Shown here piece by piece: positions 24,748 to 34,249 of a DNA stretch of 64,000 nucleotides. The stretch covers positions 3,534,001 through 3,598,000 of the forward strand of contig CATNEN010000002.1 of assembly GCA_950097015.1 (NCBI GenBank). Direction: 5' to 3'. Below the pieces are notes generated by a model. That model ran no database searches. It saw only the letters and a list, made by a program, of their open reading frames with translations, and was not told the origin of the DNA. Every line of letters starts with the position of its first letter. The stretch's first letter is position 1. The position numbers and the translations under genes are program-made. Origin of the DNA: Macrostomum hystrix. Taxonomy: Eukaryota > Animalia > Platyhelminthes.

Positions 24748-26888
24748 GTATTATTTACAAGATACAAAATAAAACAAAATATTTACACGCGGCATTATTT
24801 TTCTTACGGTACAAAATAAAACAAAATAGTTCTTTTTGGCGCGTTTTTTAATTTTCTCTTTTTATATATTTTTTACATATATTTTTATAGAAAACGTATT
24901 TACAGTAATGAAACTAAAAATACACTGTTATAATAGCAAGGAGGCGCGCAATTATTTCTTTAATCCAACCTAAAAAAAACATAAAACTAAGTCTGAACCA
25001 TAAATTCATATTACGAGTATATAAATGGTGCCACGTGAAAGAACTAAAAAATATAGCTAGGGCTCTCTCGTTGCGGACTCTCATCGCGAAGAATCAGTCG
25101 TTGCGAAGCCCAAACTTAGGCACGGATATTGGTCCTAACTTCTATATGCTTGCAGTGACAAGTACCCGATGATGAACCTGGCGTTGCATTGTTGGTGGAC
25201 TGACTGCGCCCTGGTGTCGAAGCGCCGGCCGACTGGGTTTCACTGACTGCGCCCTGGTGTCGATGCGCCGGCCGACTATGTTGCATACTGACTGCGCCCT
25301 GGTGTCGAAGCGCCGGCTGCTTTGTCCACAGGCTGAGAAGAAGCTGGTGCGTGATGCTCGACAGTATTCTCAGCAGATAGGGCATTCGTTTTTTACAGCG
25401 TAAGTGCCGTTGATGGTGCCACCAGGAAAGACGTAGAGCTTGCACCAGAACAAGTACCAACACTAGAGAGTAGAAATCGAGGGTCACGCTTCCGATTTTC
25501 TTTTGGCTTCTTGGTAACAGACGAATCTTGACCTTGAGTGTTTAGAAAGAATTCAGGCGCTGTACGCCTTCGCTTAGCTTCGATGTCAGTTTCCGAAAGG
25601 GTGCCCGTCTTGTCGTAGCGTGTCAAACGGTAAATAAGGTACTCCAGATCATCTGCATGTGATTGATTAGATAATAAATCAACATACGCGCTCGTACTAA
25701 CCACCAAAAAACATCCTGCAGGCTTAGGAAATATTCAACAACAACAATACTTGTAGTACATAAAATTGAGCATCAAATAGTCATAGGAAATAATTATAAT
25801 TAGAAGTCAGAAAAAGCTAACACTGAAAAAAATCACTGAAAATATTGACATATGTTGTACCTGTGGTAGCGTGGCACACACAATTGGTAAAAATAACCAA
25901 GACAGGAACTAGATTTCGGGAGAGAGAGTTTATACCGGCCTCAACACTGAATGCCTCGTAGCAGTGGAGCAACCCGGTAGTCAGGCTAGATTACCTAATT
26001 TCCTCGGTCGCTATTTAGGCTCTAGCAGTAATTCCTGCTACTTTGGTTCCCTGCTCTGAAGCCTGGCGATGTGCTATGCTTCTAAATGCAACACACGGCC
26101 TTGCTTCACAATAATGTTAGCAGACAAGATACAAAGATTGCAAAAGAACACAATCGATGTGAAACGCATGAAGACTGAAGGACAGAAACGTGCCATATTC
26201 GTACAGAAGTTGTGCTACCGCGGTACTAACACCATCTCAAGGATTCGTCGGACTGTGCTCTACTTATAGTAGGAGCATTTGAGCGTTGTTATGCCAGTCT
26301 TCTTCCGAACTTAAGCGATTGCACCATGGTGTGCAATGTGACTCAGTGCGCAGACAGAGCTGGAACGAGAGAACGAGAGAGGAGGGGGGGTGGCGAGCGG
26401 AAGTGACAGTGCACGGGAAACACTAACTACCAACCCTAGCCCTCCCACAGACCTAGAACAGCCTGACTCACAGATTGCCTGGAGGCTGCTCAGCAGTCTA
26501 CAGCACATCATTCTCCTCCAGCTAAAGGATGACGGTCAACACCGGCTGGCCGTCAGCCGCACTTAAACCAAAAACAGGTAAGCACCTTTTTATTTACTTT
26601 CCGTAATGGCGCACCAAACTTGAAAGATAAACTACATGAACGATTTTCAATGGCGCACCAAATTAAACAAACTTCAACGGCAACAAGATGAACTAATAAC
26701 AGATAGACAGAGTACAAAAAAAAGATGGAACACACACTAAGAACATCAACCGGGTACATTACCGTCTGGATAACCAAACTATATTTTCACTCACTGGATA
26801 AGAATAAACAACAGGTGCATCGAACTAACAACGAATGTAAGTGCCTCTCACTTTGCACCGTCCTCGGCCACACTGGCCTCAAATCTCC

Positions 26889-27833
26889 CTACAGGAGCCT
26901 GCCAACGCCTCCTAGTTCTTCAGCTGCTGCCATGCGTACCATCGCCTCCGGGTACCAGGACTCGTCTACTAGCTCCACGATGGCCTGTCCGTAACGGGCC
27001 ATCAACTGGTGCGGGGTCCGGGCTGGTCCGTTCAACAACTGCTCCGCTCGTGCCGCTCCCTCGTGAGCCATTTCTCTCCGTGTTGTTCTCTCCTCGGCGG
27101 TGAAGGCCCGCTGCACCGCAGCCGGCCACCCTTCATCACTCTGGCCCCTGGCAGCACGCGCTAGTGACTGAGCCACAAATTGAATGGCGGCTTCCCGGTC
27201 GGCTGCTCGGCCCTGCCACTGTGCTCGCCTCTGTCGGCGCCGCTGGGCACCGCCCCTTCGGCGTCTGGGTCTGGCCACGGCAGCGTCCAACTTATCCGGA
27301 CTATCTCCTGAAGAGGAACTCTGTGGCAGAGGAGGCTCGTGCATAGGAGGCGCAGCTGGCCCCTCCGGCTCTCCCTCGTGCTCGCTAGAGTCCTCGTCCA
27401 ACATACCTTCATCCTCCGAGGGCATGTCAAACTGTAATTGGGCCCAGATATCTTCGTGCCGATCTACTTGGGCATCCATGGACCCACTGCTACTACTGCT
27501 GACTGCCGGCCTACGAGCCTGCACGGCCGCCTCAGCAGTGTCCGGTACGGCCTGCACGGCTATGTGCAGTCGCTTTTTATTGCTTGGCCCATAGGGTGCT
27601 GCAACAGGGCGCTTTACTGCCTGCTGTAAACGGGGAAGCGAGGGCATGAAGTGTTTATGCCAATTCGGCGAGCGCTGACCCAATGGAAAAGGCGCACTAT
27701 TGCCAAATTGACGTTTTAAGAGCTCCACCCGTTTTATTACCTCTGTAGGCTCATTAACTCTCCGCACCACTCCCAGTAGCCGTGGGCGCGTGGGCACCCG
27801 CCCCTCGGGATCGGCGTTCTCTTTGTTGCTCAT
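26889..27833 (-). CDS. Gypsy accessory ORF3 (314 aa), unknown function
   Basis: Intact ATG ORF starting 75 nt after the pol stop, on the same strand, before the PPT. Acidic/Pro tract and RRRR basic tract; no TM segment. Confidence 0.8.
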   Translation of the reverse strand: MSNKENADPEGRVPTRPRLLGVVRRVNEPTEVIKRVELLKRQFGNSAPFPLGQRSPNWHKHFMPSLPRLQQAVKRPVAAPYGPSNKKRLHIAVQAVPDTAEAAVQARRPAVSSSSSGSMDAQVDRHEDIWAQLQFDMPSEDEGMLDEDSSEHEGEPEGPAAPPMHEPPLPQSSSSGDSPDKLDAAVARPRRRRGGAQRRRQRRAQWQGRAADREAAIQFVAQSLARAARGQSDEGWPAAVQRAFTAEERTTRREMAHEGAARAEQLLNGPARTPHQLMARYGQAIVELVDESWYPEAMVRMAAAEELGGVGRLL

Positions 27834-27908
27834 CTTCTCTTTTCTTTAGATTCTGTTCCTTTTTATTTCTTCAAAGAGACTTCTGCGCCCTGATTCGGAG
27901 GATAGGAA

Positions 27909-30900
27909 TTACTGGAACATTTTAGGTAGGCCGTACATTGCTCTGATAAAGTAGGATTTCCTACTAGGATCAACCTGCAACCTTTCCGGCTCTCGCCTAA
28001 CTCTCTGCGGCCTTTGCTGCGGCTCCTGATCCCTAGCGTCTCCTATCTGAGCAGCCTCACCTAAATTTTCGGCCCTAACACTTTCTGCAACCTCCCCGTG
28101 CACAGAGGATGGGATAGGGGACAGGGTTGGAGAGGGCAACGGACTGTCCGACGGCAGGACAACCACATCACCATACGCCTCCCCCGCCTCTTCTCCGTTG
28201 CAGATCTCTGGACCGGCCGGTTCGTGGAGATTCGACCTGGAGACAGCTCGTGATCGCAGGTGCCACCTACGAGCGCTCCACAGGCCGATCTCTCCTTCGT
28301 CGTCGTCGTCGTCGTCGCTGCTGTCGGCTGGCTCGCCGGTCGCGTCAGCCGTCGGAGGGCTACCCTTGGGTGGCCTTCCGAGCTTCCGCCGTCCCGGGCT
28401 CGCCTCCTCCGTCCTGTCGCACATCGAGGCCGGTACCGGGAGCAGGTTGCGCCGATGGACTATCAGCACCTGCTTCCTGGCCTTCTTGGTGCTGCCGTGT
28501 CGCCGGATCTTGTAAACTGTCTCGCCCTTACACTCGAGCACTACGTAGACCGATTGTCTAGGCCGATGGAATTTGCTGATCTCGCCGGATTCGATCACCG
28601 GGTTGTTGAGCAGGACCAGCTGGCCTGGGCGGAGTGGTCTCGCCTGCGGTCTTTCTTGATAGTGTTCTTCTCGCAGCACCTGGTAACTCTCGAGCTTGTC
28701 CCGGGCACAATTGACCGCCTGGTCTATGCGCTCCTGGAAATGTCGGAGATAATCTGGCAGGTCTGCGTACTCGGCCAGTGCTGTCAACGTGTTGTCGACG
28801 GGCAGCCGGTACTCCCGTCCGAAGACCAGGAAGTACGGCGTGTACCCGGTCACAGGGTGGACACTGGTGCGCAACGCGATTAAGCACGCGGGCAGCATCA
28901 GGTCCCAATCCCTGTGATCCCTTTCCAACAAGCACGTGAGCACCGACTTAATCTGGCGATTCAGATTTTCGACCTGGCCATTGCTGGCCGGGTTATAGGG
29001 ACACGTGTGCGTATGACGGATGCCATACAGCTTACAAAAGTCCTCAAACTCTGCACTCATAAAGTTCGTCCCCTGGTCCGTGTGCAACCAGGCTGGTGCA
29101 CCGTATTCGGGAATGAACCTATCCAGCAGTAGTTTGATCACGGTTTTAGTCTTCTGGTTTCGCATCGGATAGGCAAACGGGTACTTCGATGTTGCATCAC
29201 ACAGGGTGAGGATGTACCGATGTCCTCGGGCGCTTGGTTGTGACAAAGGCCCGATTACGTCGGCGTGCACCCTTCCCAAAACCTCACACACTGGATAGCT
29301 CTGCGGTGGGACTACCTCCTTCCGCCTTGACTTGCTCTCCAGGCATGTCCTGCAACGTGCCACGTACCCCGTCGCCTCCGACCAGATACCGGGTCTCCAG
29401 AACCTGTCTCTAACTCTCTGCACTGTCTTGGACTGGCCGAGATGACCCGCCAGGGGTGAGTCATGCAAGGCCTCAAAGACACGCGAGTCTAACGCTTTCG
29501 GTAGCACTGGTCGCGGCGGCCGGTTGTCATCAAAGTCTATGACGAGCAACCCGTCGCGCACCTCCAGCTCCTCAAACGCACCCAGGTCTCTGACCTCCTT
29601 CGCCATCTGGAGTCGCTGATCGAACCTGGGCTTGTCCCTTCCTGACCGCTTCAGTTCCGTCAGGTATCGGATTGCCGGGTCTTGGTGCTGAGCTTCTAGC
29701 AACTCGACCTGGCTAACCGGTACCTTCAGGAACTCTGTCACCACTGCTCTTACCGGAGGCAGCTCTCCACTGTCCTTGTCCTCCCTGTCCTTGGACCCAG
29801 GAGCCCTGGCAGCAGGGGGTGTCCTTGACAGGCGAGACTGGTCGCAACGAGTCTGACAGCTCCCCTCCACCTCTGCTCCCTGTCCCACGGAGGGACCAGC
29901 AGTCGGCAGGCAGGACTGGCTGCAACGAGCTAACTGCTGATCCTCCTGACCCGAGGACCTTGACACAGCGCGATCAGTCGCTCGCAGGCAGGACTGGCTG
30001 CAACGAGCCAGCGACTTCTCCCCTGTTTCTGAGAACTCCTCGACAGTAGGATTCGGCGTCTGCAGGCAGGACTGGCTGCAACGAGCGGACACCTCCTCCT
30101 CTGTCTCCGGACACACCAGAGGCTCTGGATCCGGCGCCTGCAGGCAGGACTGGCTGCAACGAGCGGGCACCTTCTCCTTCACCTCTGAGCCTTCCGCCAC
30201 CACCTGAGTTTGCACCTGTGCCTTGGCATCCCAGCCCCGCACCCAGTGCTCCTCCCTTGTGGCTCCCTGGCTCCAGCTACTTTCCGTAGCTACCGTCTGC
30301 ACGGCGGCATCCACAGTCTGCAGGCAGAACTGGCTGCTACGAGCTGACTGCGGAGCCCCGTAGACAGGTGCTTCTCGCCTCAAAAGCTGGCCTGCGGTTG
30401 TGTCTTCCTGACACCCTTGCAGCACCGCCTTGTCTTGGCGCACCTCGACAGGCTCCAGGACCGGCTCTTCCACCAGTCCTTCAGACACAGCTGCTCCACT
30501 TCCTGATCGGCCGTCCATGACCTCCTGAGCCTTGGGTTTCACAGCTCGCAGTGGTTCTGCGGCTCCTGTGATTTCACCCTGTTCATTGCCCCTTTCCTGT
30601 CCCTCCTCCAGCTGACTCGAAAATTGGCGGGTGCAAGCACTCGCACCGAACTGGTTGTGGGGCGTTAATACCCCAAAGGAACAATTGACCGGATTATCCG
30701 GCTTCCTCGACATCGAGTCAGCATTTTGGTGAGACTTTCCAGGACGATGAACGATGGTGAAATCAAACTCACTCATTCTCTCAACCCAACGGCCCAAGAT
30801 GCCTGTCGCCTCAGTCTGATGCATGAGCCACAGCAGGGCCTTGTGGTCAGACCGGACGACAAACTTCTTGCCAACCAGGAAGTACCGGAAATGCCGCATC

Positions 30901-33026
30901 GCATCTACGACTGCCAGCAATTCTTTGCGAGTCGTAGTGTAGCGGGTCTCCGGCCCTCGCAGCTTCCGGCTGTAGTAGCCAACAGGCCTTTCTACTCCAT
31001 CAGACTGCAGCTGATTCAGACAAGCCCCTATGCGGTCATCAGAGGCATCTGTGTCCAGGATGAAAGTTACTTTCGGGTCAGAGGTGTACTCCGGGTACGC
31101 CAGTACCTCCGTAGAGCACAACGCATCCTTCAATCCCTGAAAGGCCCTCTCATGCTCTGTCTTCCACAGACCCTTCAAGCTGGTAACGTCCCGCTTAGTG
31201 AGCTCGTGCAATGGTGCTGCAATCCCTGAGTAATTGCGGACGAACTTCTTGTAGTACTGCGCCAACCCCAAGAAGCTGCGCAATTCCTTGGCGCTTCGAG
31301 GTGTCGGCCAGCCTCTGAGCTCGGCGATCTTATCCTCGTTCGTCAGGATGCCTTCTGGTGTCACCACGTGGCCTAAATAGTGCAACTCCCTCTTGAATAG
31401 GTGGCACTTCTTCGGCTTCAGCTTGAACTGGGCTTCACGGATTCGAGTCAGCATCATCCTCAGATGCTCCAAATGATCGTCAAAGGTAGGCGAGTGGACG
31501 AGTATATCATCGATATACCCCAACGCTACCTTTGGCGTCAGCCCCTCCAGCAGCTTGTTGATACAGCGCTGAAAAGACCCTGCCGAATCCGTCATGCCCA
31601 TCGGCAACACAGTAAACTCAAACTGACCTCTGTGGTGAACCGAGAACGCGGTCAGGTGTCTATCCTGCTCTCTCAGCGGGATCTGCCAGAAACCCTGTGC
31701 AAGATCGAGGGCGGAATAGTACTGCGCCCCTCTCAAATGCTCAAAGGTCTGCTGTATGTCTGGCAGCGGATAGACGTGCTTCAGGCAGCGGCTATTCAAC
31801 TCGCGATAGTCTAGGACAATCCTGATAGTCTTGTCTTTCTTCGGGACAATCAGAAGAGGCGTGTTATAGCTGGAGAATGTCGGCTTGATGATGCCTTTCG
31901 CCAACATCTCATCCAGCATCTTGTCCAACTGTTCCATCAAGTGAGGCGGGATCCTCCTCGGTGGAATGCGAACTGGAGTGGGATCTGTCACAATGATCTC
32001 ATGAGTGACTAAGTCAGTGACACCATGGTCCAGGGGATGCATTGCGAATGCCTCGCGGCACTCTCTCAACATCTCCTTAACCCGATGCCTCTGCTCCTCG
32101 GTCAACCTCTCACAAATCTCCACCTCCTCTAGCCATGCTTCATCGCTCTCCAGCCCTTCTGCCTGAACCTGCCTGACCGGCGTCTCCTCTAGCTCTGGTA
32201 GATATTCCAGTTCGTCTGCCTTCAATGGCCTCGCTAGCCCTACAAGTCCATTGCGCCGAATGACCGCCGGGAAGCAAGAGGTGTTGACGACTTCAACACA
32301 CCCTGTCCCGTCAGCCATCGTCAGCAATGTCGGGGCCATCTCGACCTGAGACGCCCCTGGCTTCAGTCCTGACCTCAAGGACTCAACAAGCAGCGGCGTG
32401 CCGTGACAGTCAGTCCGGCCACCCGCTAGCTTCACCGCTACGAGCATCGAAGAGCGCGCTGGCACAGTGGTCTGCTCGAGTGAGTAAACCCGACTGGCCC
32501 TCGCCTCTCGCCTCGTGAACCTCAGCGGCACTCTGGTTCCTGACTTCATGGTCAGCATCCCCTTCGGAAAGTCAATCTTCTGGGTGTGCTGGCGCATGAA
32601 ATCAATTCCTAGGATGTTCTCGTGCTCGCCCTTCGTCACGCAGAACTCGACGTCTACAGCGTAGTCGCCGAGCCTGACCTCAAAGGCGACTCGCCCTAAA
32701 ACCGGCAATCGAGAACCATCAAAGTTGCACAGGGCACTCTCTCCTGTCAGCACAGCGTGCGGCACTACATGCCGCAGAGATGCCCACGTCTCACTTCCAA
32801 TCAGACAGCGCCTGCTCCCTGAGTCTAGGAGAAAAGGCACCGTCTTCTTGGAAACCATCGCCGTCACATAGGGGTCAGCGTTGGAGGCATACCAACGCTC
32901 GAGGAAGCTGGTGCTAGGAGAGCCCCTACCCTCTCCTCCAGCTGACTCCTCAGTCTCCCTCAGGCCCGTCCAGGAACTGGACTGCGAGGGGCACTGCCGT
33001 CCGTGCTCCTCGCCGTCCCGTTTCCC
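27909..33026 (-). CDS. Gypsy pol (PR-RT-RH-IN), translated by -1 frameshift
   Basis: LLDSGS, YIDDILV, DTDAS, H..H/C..C, DQG..F and SNGQVE; the frame stays open up to the GGGAAAC heptamer at 33026-33020. Confidence 0.95.
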   Translation of the reverse strand, partial: GKRDGEEHGRQCPSQSSSWTGLRETEESAGGEGRGSPSTSFLERWYASNADPYVTAMVSKKTVPFLLDSGSRRCLIGSETWASLRHVVPHAVLTGESALCNFDGSRLPVLGRVAFEVRLGDYAVDVEFCVTKGEHENILGIDFMRQHTQKIDFPKGMLTMKSGTRVPLRFTRREARASRVYSLEQTTVPARSSMLVAVKLAGGRTDCHGTPLLVESLRSGLKPGASQVEMAPTLLTMADGTGCVEVVNTSCFPAVIRRNGLVGLARPLKADELEYLPELEETPVRQVQAEGLESDEAWLEEVEICERLTEEQRHRVKEMLRECREAFAMHPLDHGVTDLVTHEIIVTDPTPVRIPPRRIPPHLMEQLDKMLDEMLAKGIIKPTFSSYNTPLLIVPKKDKTIRIVLDYRELNSRCLKHVYPLPDIQQTFEHLRGAQYYSALDLAQGFWQIPLREQDRHLTAFSVHHRGQFEFTVLPMGMTDSAGSFQRCINKLLEGLTPKVALGYIDDILVHSPTFDDHLEHLRMMLTRIREAQFKLKPKKCHLFKRELHYLGHVVTPEGILTNEDKIAELRGWPTPRSAKELRSFLGLAQYYKKFVRNYSGIAAPLHELTKRDVTSLKGLWKTEHERAFQGLKDALCSTEVLAYPEYTSDPKVTFILDTDASDDRIGACLNQLQSDGVERPVGYYSRKLRGPETRYTTTRKELLAVVDAMRHFRYFLVGKKFVVRSDHKALLWLMHQTEATGILGRWVERMSEFDFTIVHRPGKSHQNADSMSRKPDNPVNCSFGVLTPHNQFGASACTRQFSSQLEEGQERGNEQGEITGAAEPLRAVKPKAQEVMDGRSGSGAAVSEGLVEEPVLEPVEVRQDKAVLQGCQEDTTAGQLLRREAPVYGAPQSARSSQFCLQTVDAAVQTVATESSWSQGATREEHWVRGWDAKAQVQTQVVAEGSEVKEKVPARCSQSCLQAPDPEPLVCPETEEEVSARCSQSCLQTPNPTVEEFSETGEKSLARCSQSCLRATDRAVSRSSGQEDQQLARCSQSCLPTAGPSVGQGAEVEGSCQTRCDQSRLSRTPPAARAPGSKDREDKDSGELPPVRAVVTEFLKVPVSQVELLEAQHQDPAIRYLTELKRSGRDKPRFDQRLQMAKEVRDLGAFEELEVRDGLLVIDFDDNRPPRPVLPKALDSRVFEALHDSPLAGHLGQSKTVQRVRDRFWRPGIWSEATGYVARCRTCLESKSRRKEVVPPQSYPVCEVLGRVHADVIGPLSQPSARGHRYILTLCDATSKYPFAYPMRNQKTKTVIKLLLDRFIPEYGAPAWLHTDQGTNFMSAEFEDFCKLYGIRHTHTCPYNPASNGQVENLNRQIKSVLTCLLERDHRDWDLMLPACLIALRTSVHPVTGYTPYFLVFGREYRLPVDNTLTALAEYADLPDYLRHFQERIDQAVNCARDKLESYQVLREEHYQERPQARPLRPGQLVLLNNPVIESGEISKFHRPRQSVYVVLECKGETVYKIRRHGSTKKARKQVLIVHRRNLLPVPASMCDRTEEASPGRRKLGRPPKGSPPTADATGEPADSSDDDDDDEGEIGLWSARRWHLRSRAVSRSNLHEPAGPEICNGEEAGEAYGDVVVLPSDSPLPSPTLSPIPSSVHGEVAESVRAENLGEAAQIGDARDQEPQQRPQRVRREPERLQVDPSRKSYFIRAMYGLPKMFQ

Positions 33027-34249
33027 GACGTCTGAGTGCCTTGGGCCTGCAGCTCGGACTGCTGCCTGGGCTCTTGCCGTTGCTCTCTCGGGTACCCCTG
33101 AGCGTGGTGCTCATAACGCGGCTTGGGTGGCCTCGTCGGGCAATCACGCCTCAGGTGTCCGAACTTCCCGCAACCAAAGCATGCCCCTCTTGGCGGCGCC
33201 GGTCCTTCCTGCTGCACGGCTCCTTGTGGTCGGCTGAGCGCCTGGACCAGCATCTCTTGCACCTTCTGCTGATGCTGCAGCTGCTGACCCTGGACCTCGA
33301 CCATCTTGGTCATCAGCGATTCGAGTCCCTTCAGCGCAGCGGTAACACCTTGCGGTGGCGGCCGCGCATTCAGTTCCTCATCCTCGCCGTGCACCATCCG
33401 AGCCGGCCCATCCTTCGCCCTCTGGACTGCCTCGTCGACCACCTCTAGGCGCTTTAACTCTCGCCTAGCTTCCAGGAGTGTTCTAGGGCGAGTCCGCAGC
33501 AGGTGCTTGCGGTTCTCAACCGAAGTCCGAACTCCCTTAATAAACTGGTCGACCAACTCATAGTCCAGGTCTCTCTGGCGAAGGTTGGTGTAGGCCTGCT
33601 CACCGAGTCCTTGCAACGCATCAGCATAGTCATCAAGCGTTTCCGCTTTCTTCTGATAGCGATTGCGGAACTCGTCTCGGTACTCCTCAGGGCTACTCAG
33701 CGGCGCGAATCGCTCCACAATACGCTCCTTGAACTGGGCATACGTGAGCTCTTCGGGCAGCTTCATCCTGAGGACGGCATTCAGGCACTGTACATCGAGG
33801 TGGTCGAGTAGAAGGGCCTTGCGTGTCTCCGAACTGTGAATCGCAGCCCGGGCGCAATACGCTTCAAACGCGTCCACCCACAGATGCACGTCCTGACCCC
33901 GAGAAAACTTGGCAATTTTCGCCGTCCTACCTTGTTGTTGTTCCACCTGCTTCTCCATCAGGTTGAGCATCCGGTACACCAGGTCAGCCGTCGCCCTGTC
34001 GTCCAGCCTCGGTCGTCGTCGCCTTGCTGCCGCTGCCACTGCGCCCCGGTCGTCGTCCTCGCCGCCGGACTGATCGTCGTCGCCGAAGTCGCTCTCGCCG
34101 TCCTCGCCGTCGCCGACACAGCCGTTGCCGCGGCCGTTCCACCGACTCCTGCCAGCAGCTTCCTGCAGCGCACAGCCAACGCGAGACTCCAAGCTCCGGG
34201 CTACCTGCTGCCTCTCCTCCCTCTCAGAATCCAATTCCTCTTGGGACAT
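32960..34249 (-). CDS. Gypsy gag
   Basis: Capsid-like Q...E....Y...L motif and CCHC knuckle CFGCGKFGHLRRDC. Confidence 0.93.
   Translation of the reverse strand: MSQEELDSEREERQQVARSLESRVGCALQEAAGRSRWNGRGNGCVGDGEDGESDFGDDDQSGGEDDDRGAVAAAARRRRPRLDDRATADLVYRMLNLMEKQVEQQQGRTAKIAKFSRGQDVHLWVDAFEAYCARAAIHSSETRKALLLDHLDVQCLNAVLRMKLPEELTYAQFKERIVERFAPLSSPEEYRDEFRNRYQKKAETLDDYADALQGLGEQAYTNLRQRDLDYELVDQFIKGVRTSVENRKHLLRTRPRTLLEARRELKRLEVVDEAVQRAKDGPARMVHGEDEELNARPPPQGVTAALKGLESLMTKMVEVQGQQLQHQQKVQEMLVQALSRPQGAVQQEGPAPPRGACFGCGKFGHLRRDCPTRPPKPRYEHHAQGYPREQRQEPRQQSELQAQGTQTSGNGTARSTDGSAPRSPVPGRA

Larger units (their letters stand above)
18764..24932 (-). mobile_element. Non-autonomous Gypsy derivative (gag/pol deleted, ORF3 retained)
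   Basis: 3' LTR 18764-19558; 5' LTR 22024-22370 plus 24748-24932 (interrupted); TSD ATAG (18760-63, 24933-36); PPT AGAGAGGGCAGGT. The internal region holds only patches homologous to gag and to the pol linker and tail of the 47861-60386 element. Confidence 0.9.

Noticed and set aside
26069-26511. Short ORFs repeated at 34528-34976
   Set aside because: They lie inside the duplicated LTRs and have no domain features.
19622-27833. ORF3 as envelope glycoprotein
   Set aside because: None of the three ORF3s has a signal peptide, hydrophobic TM span or fusion-peptide pattern.
27834-27911. Stop read-through from pol into the in-frame ORF3
   Set aside because: A second in-frame TAA lies in the 75-nt spacer.
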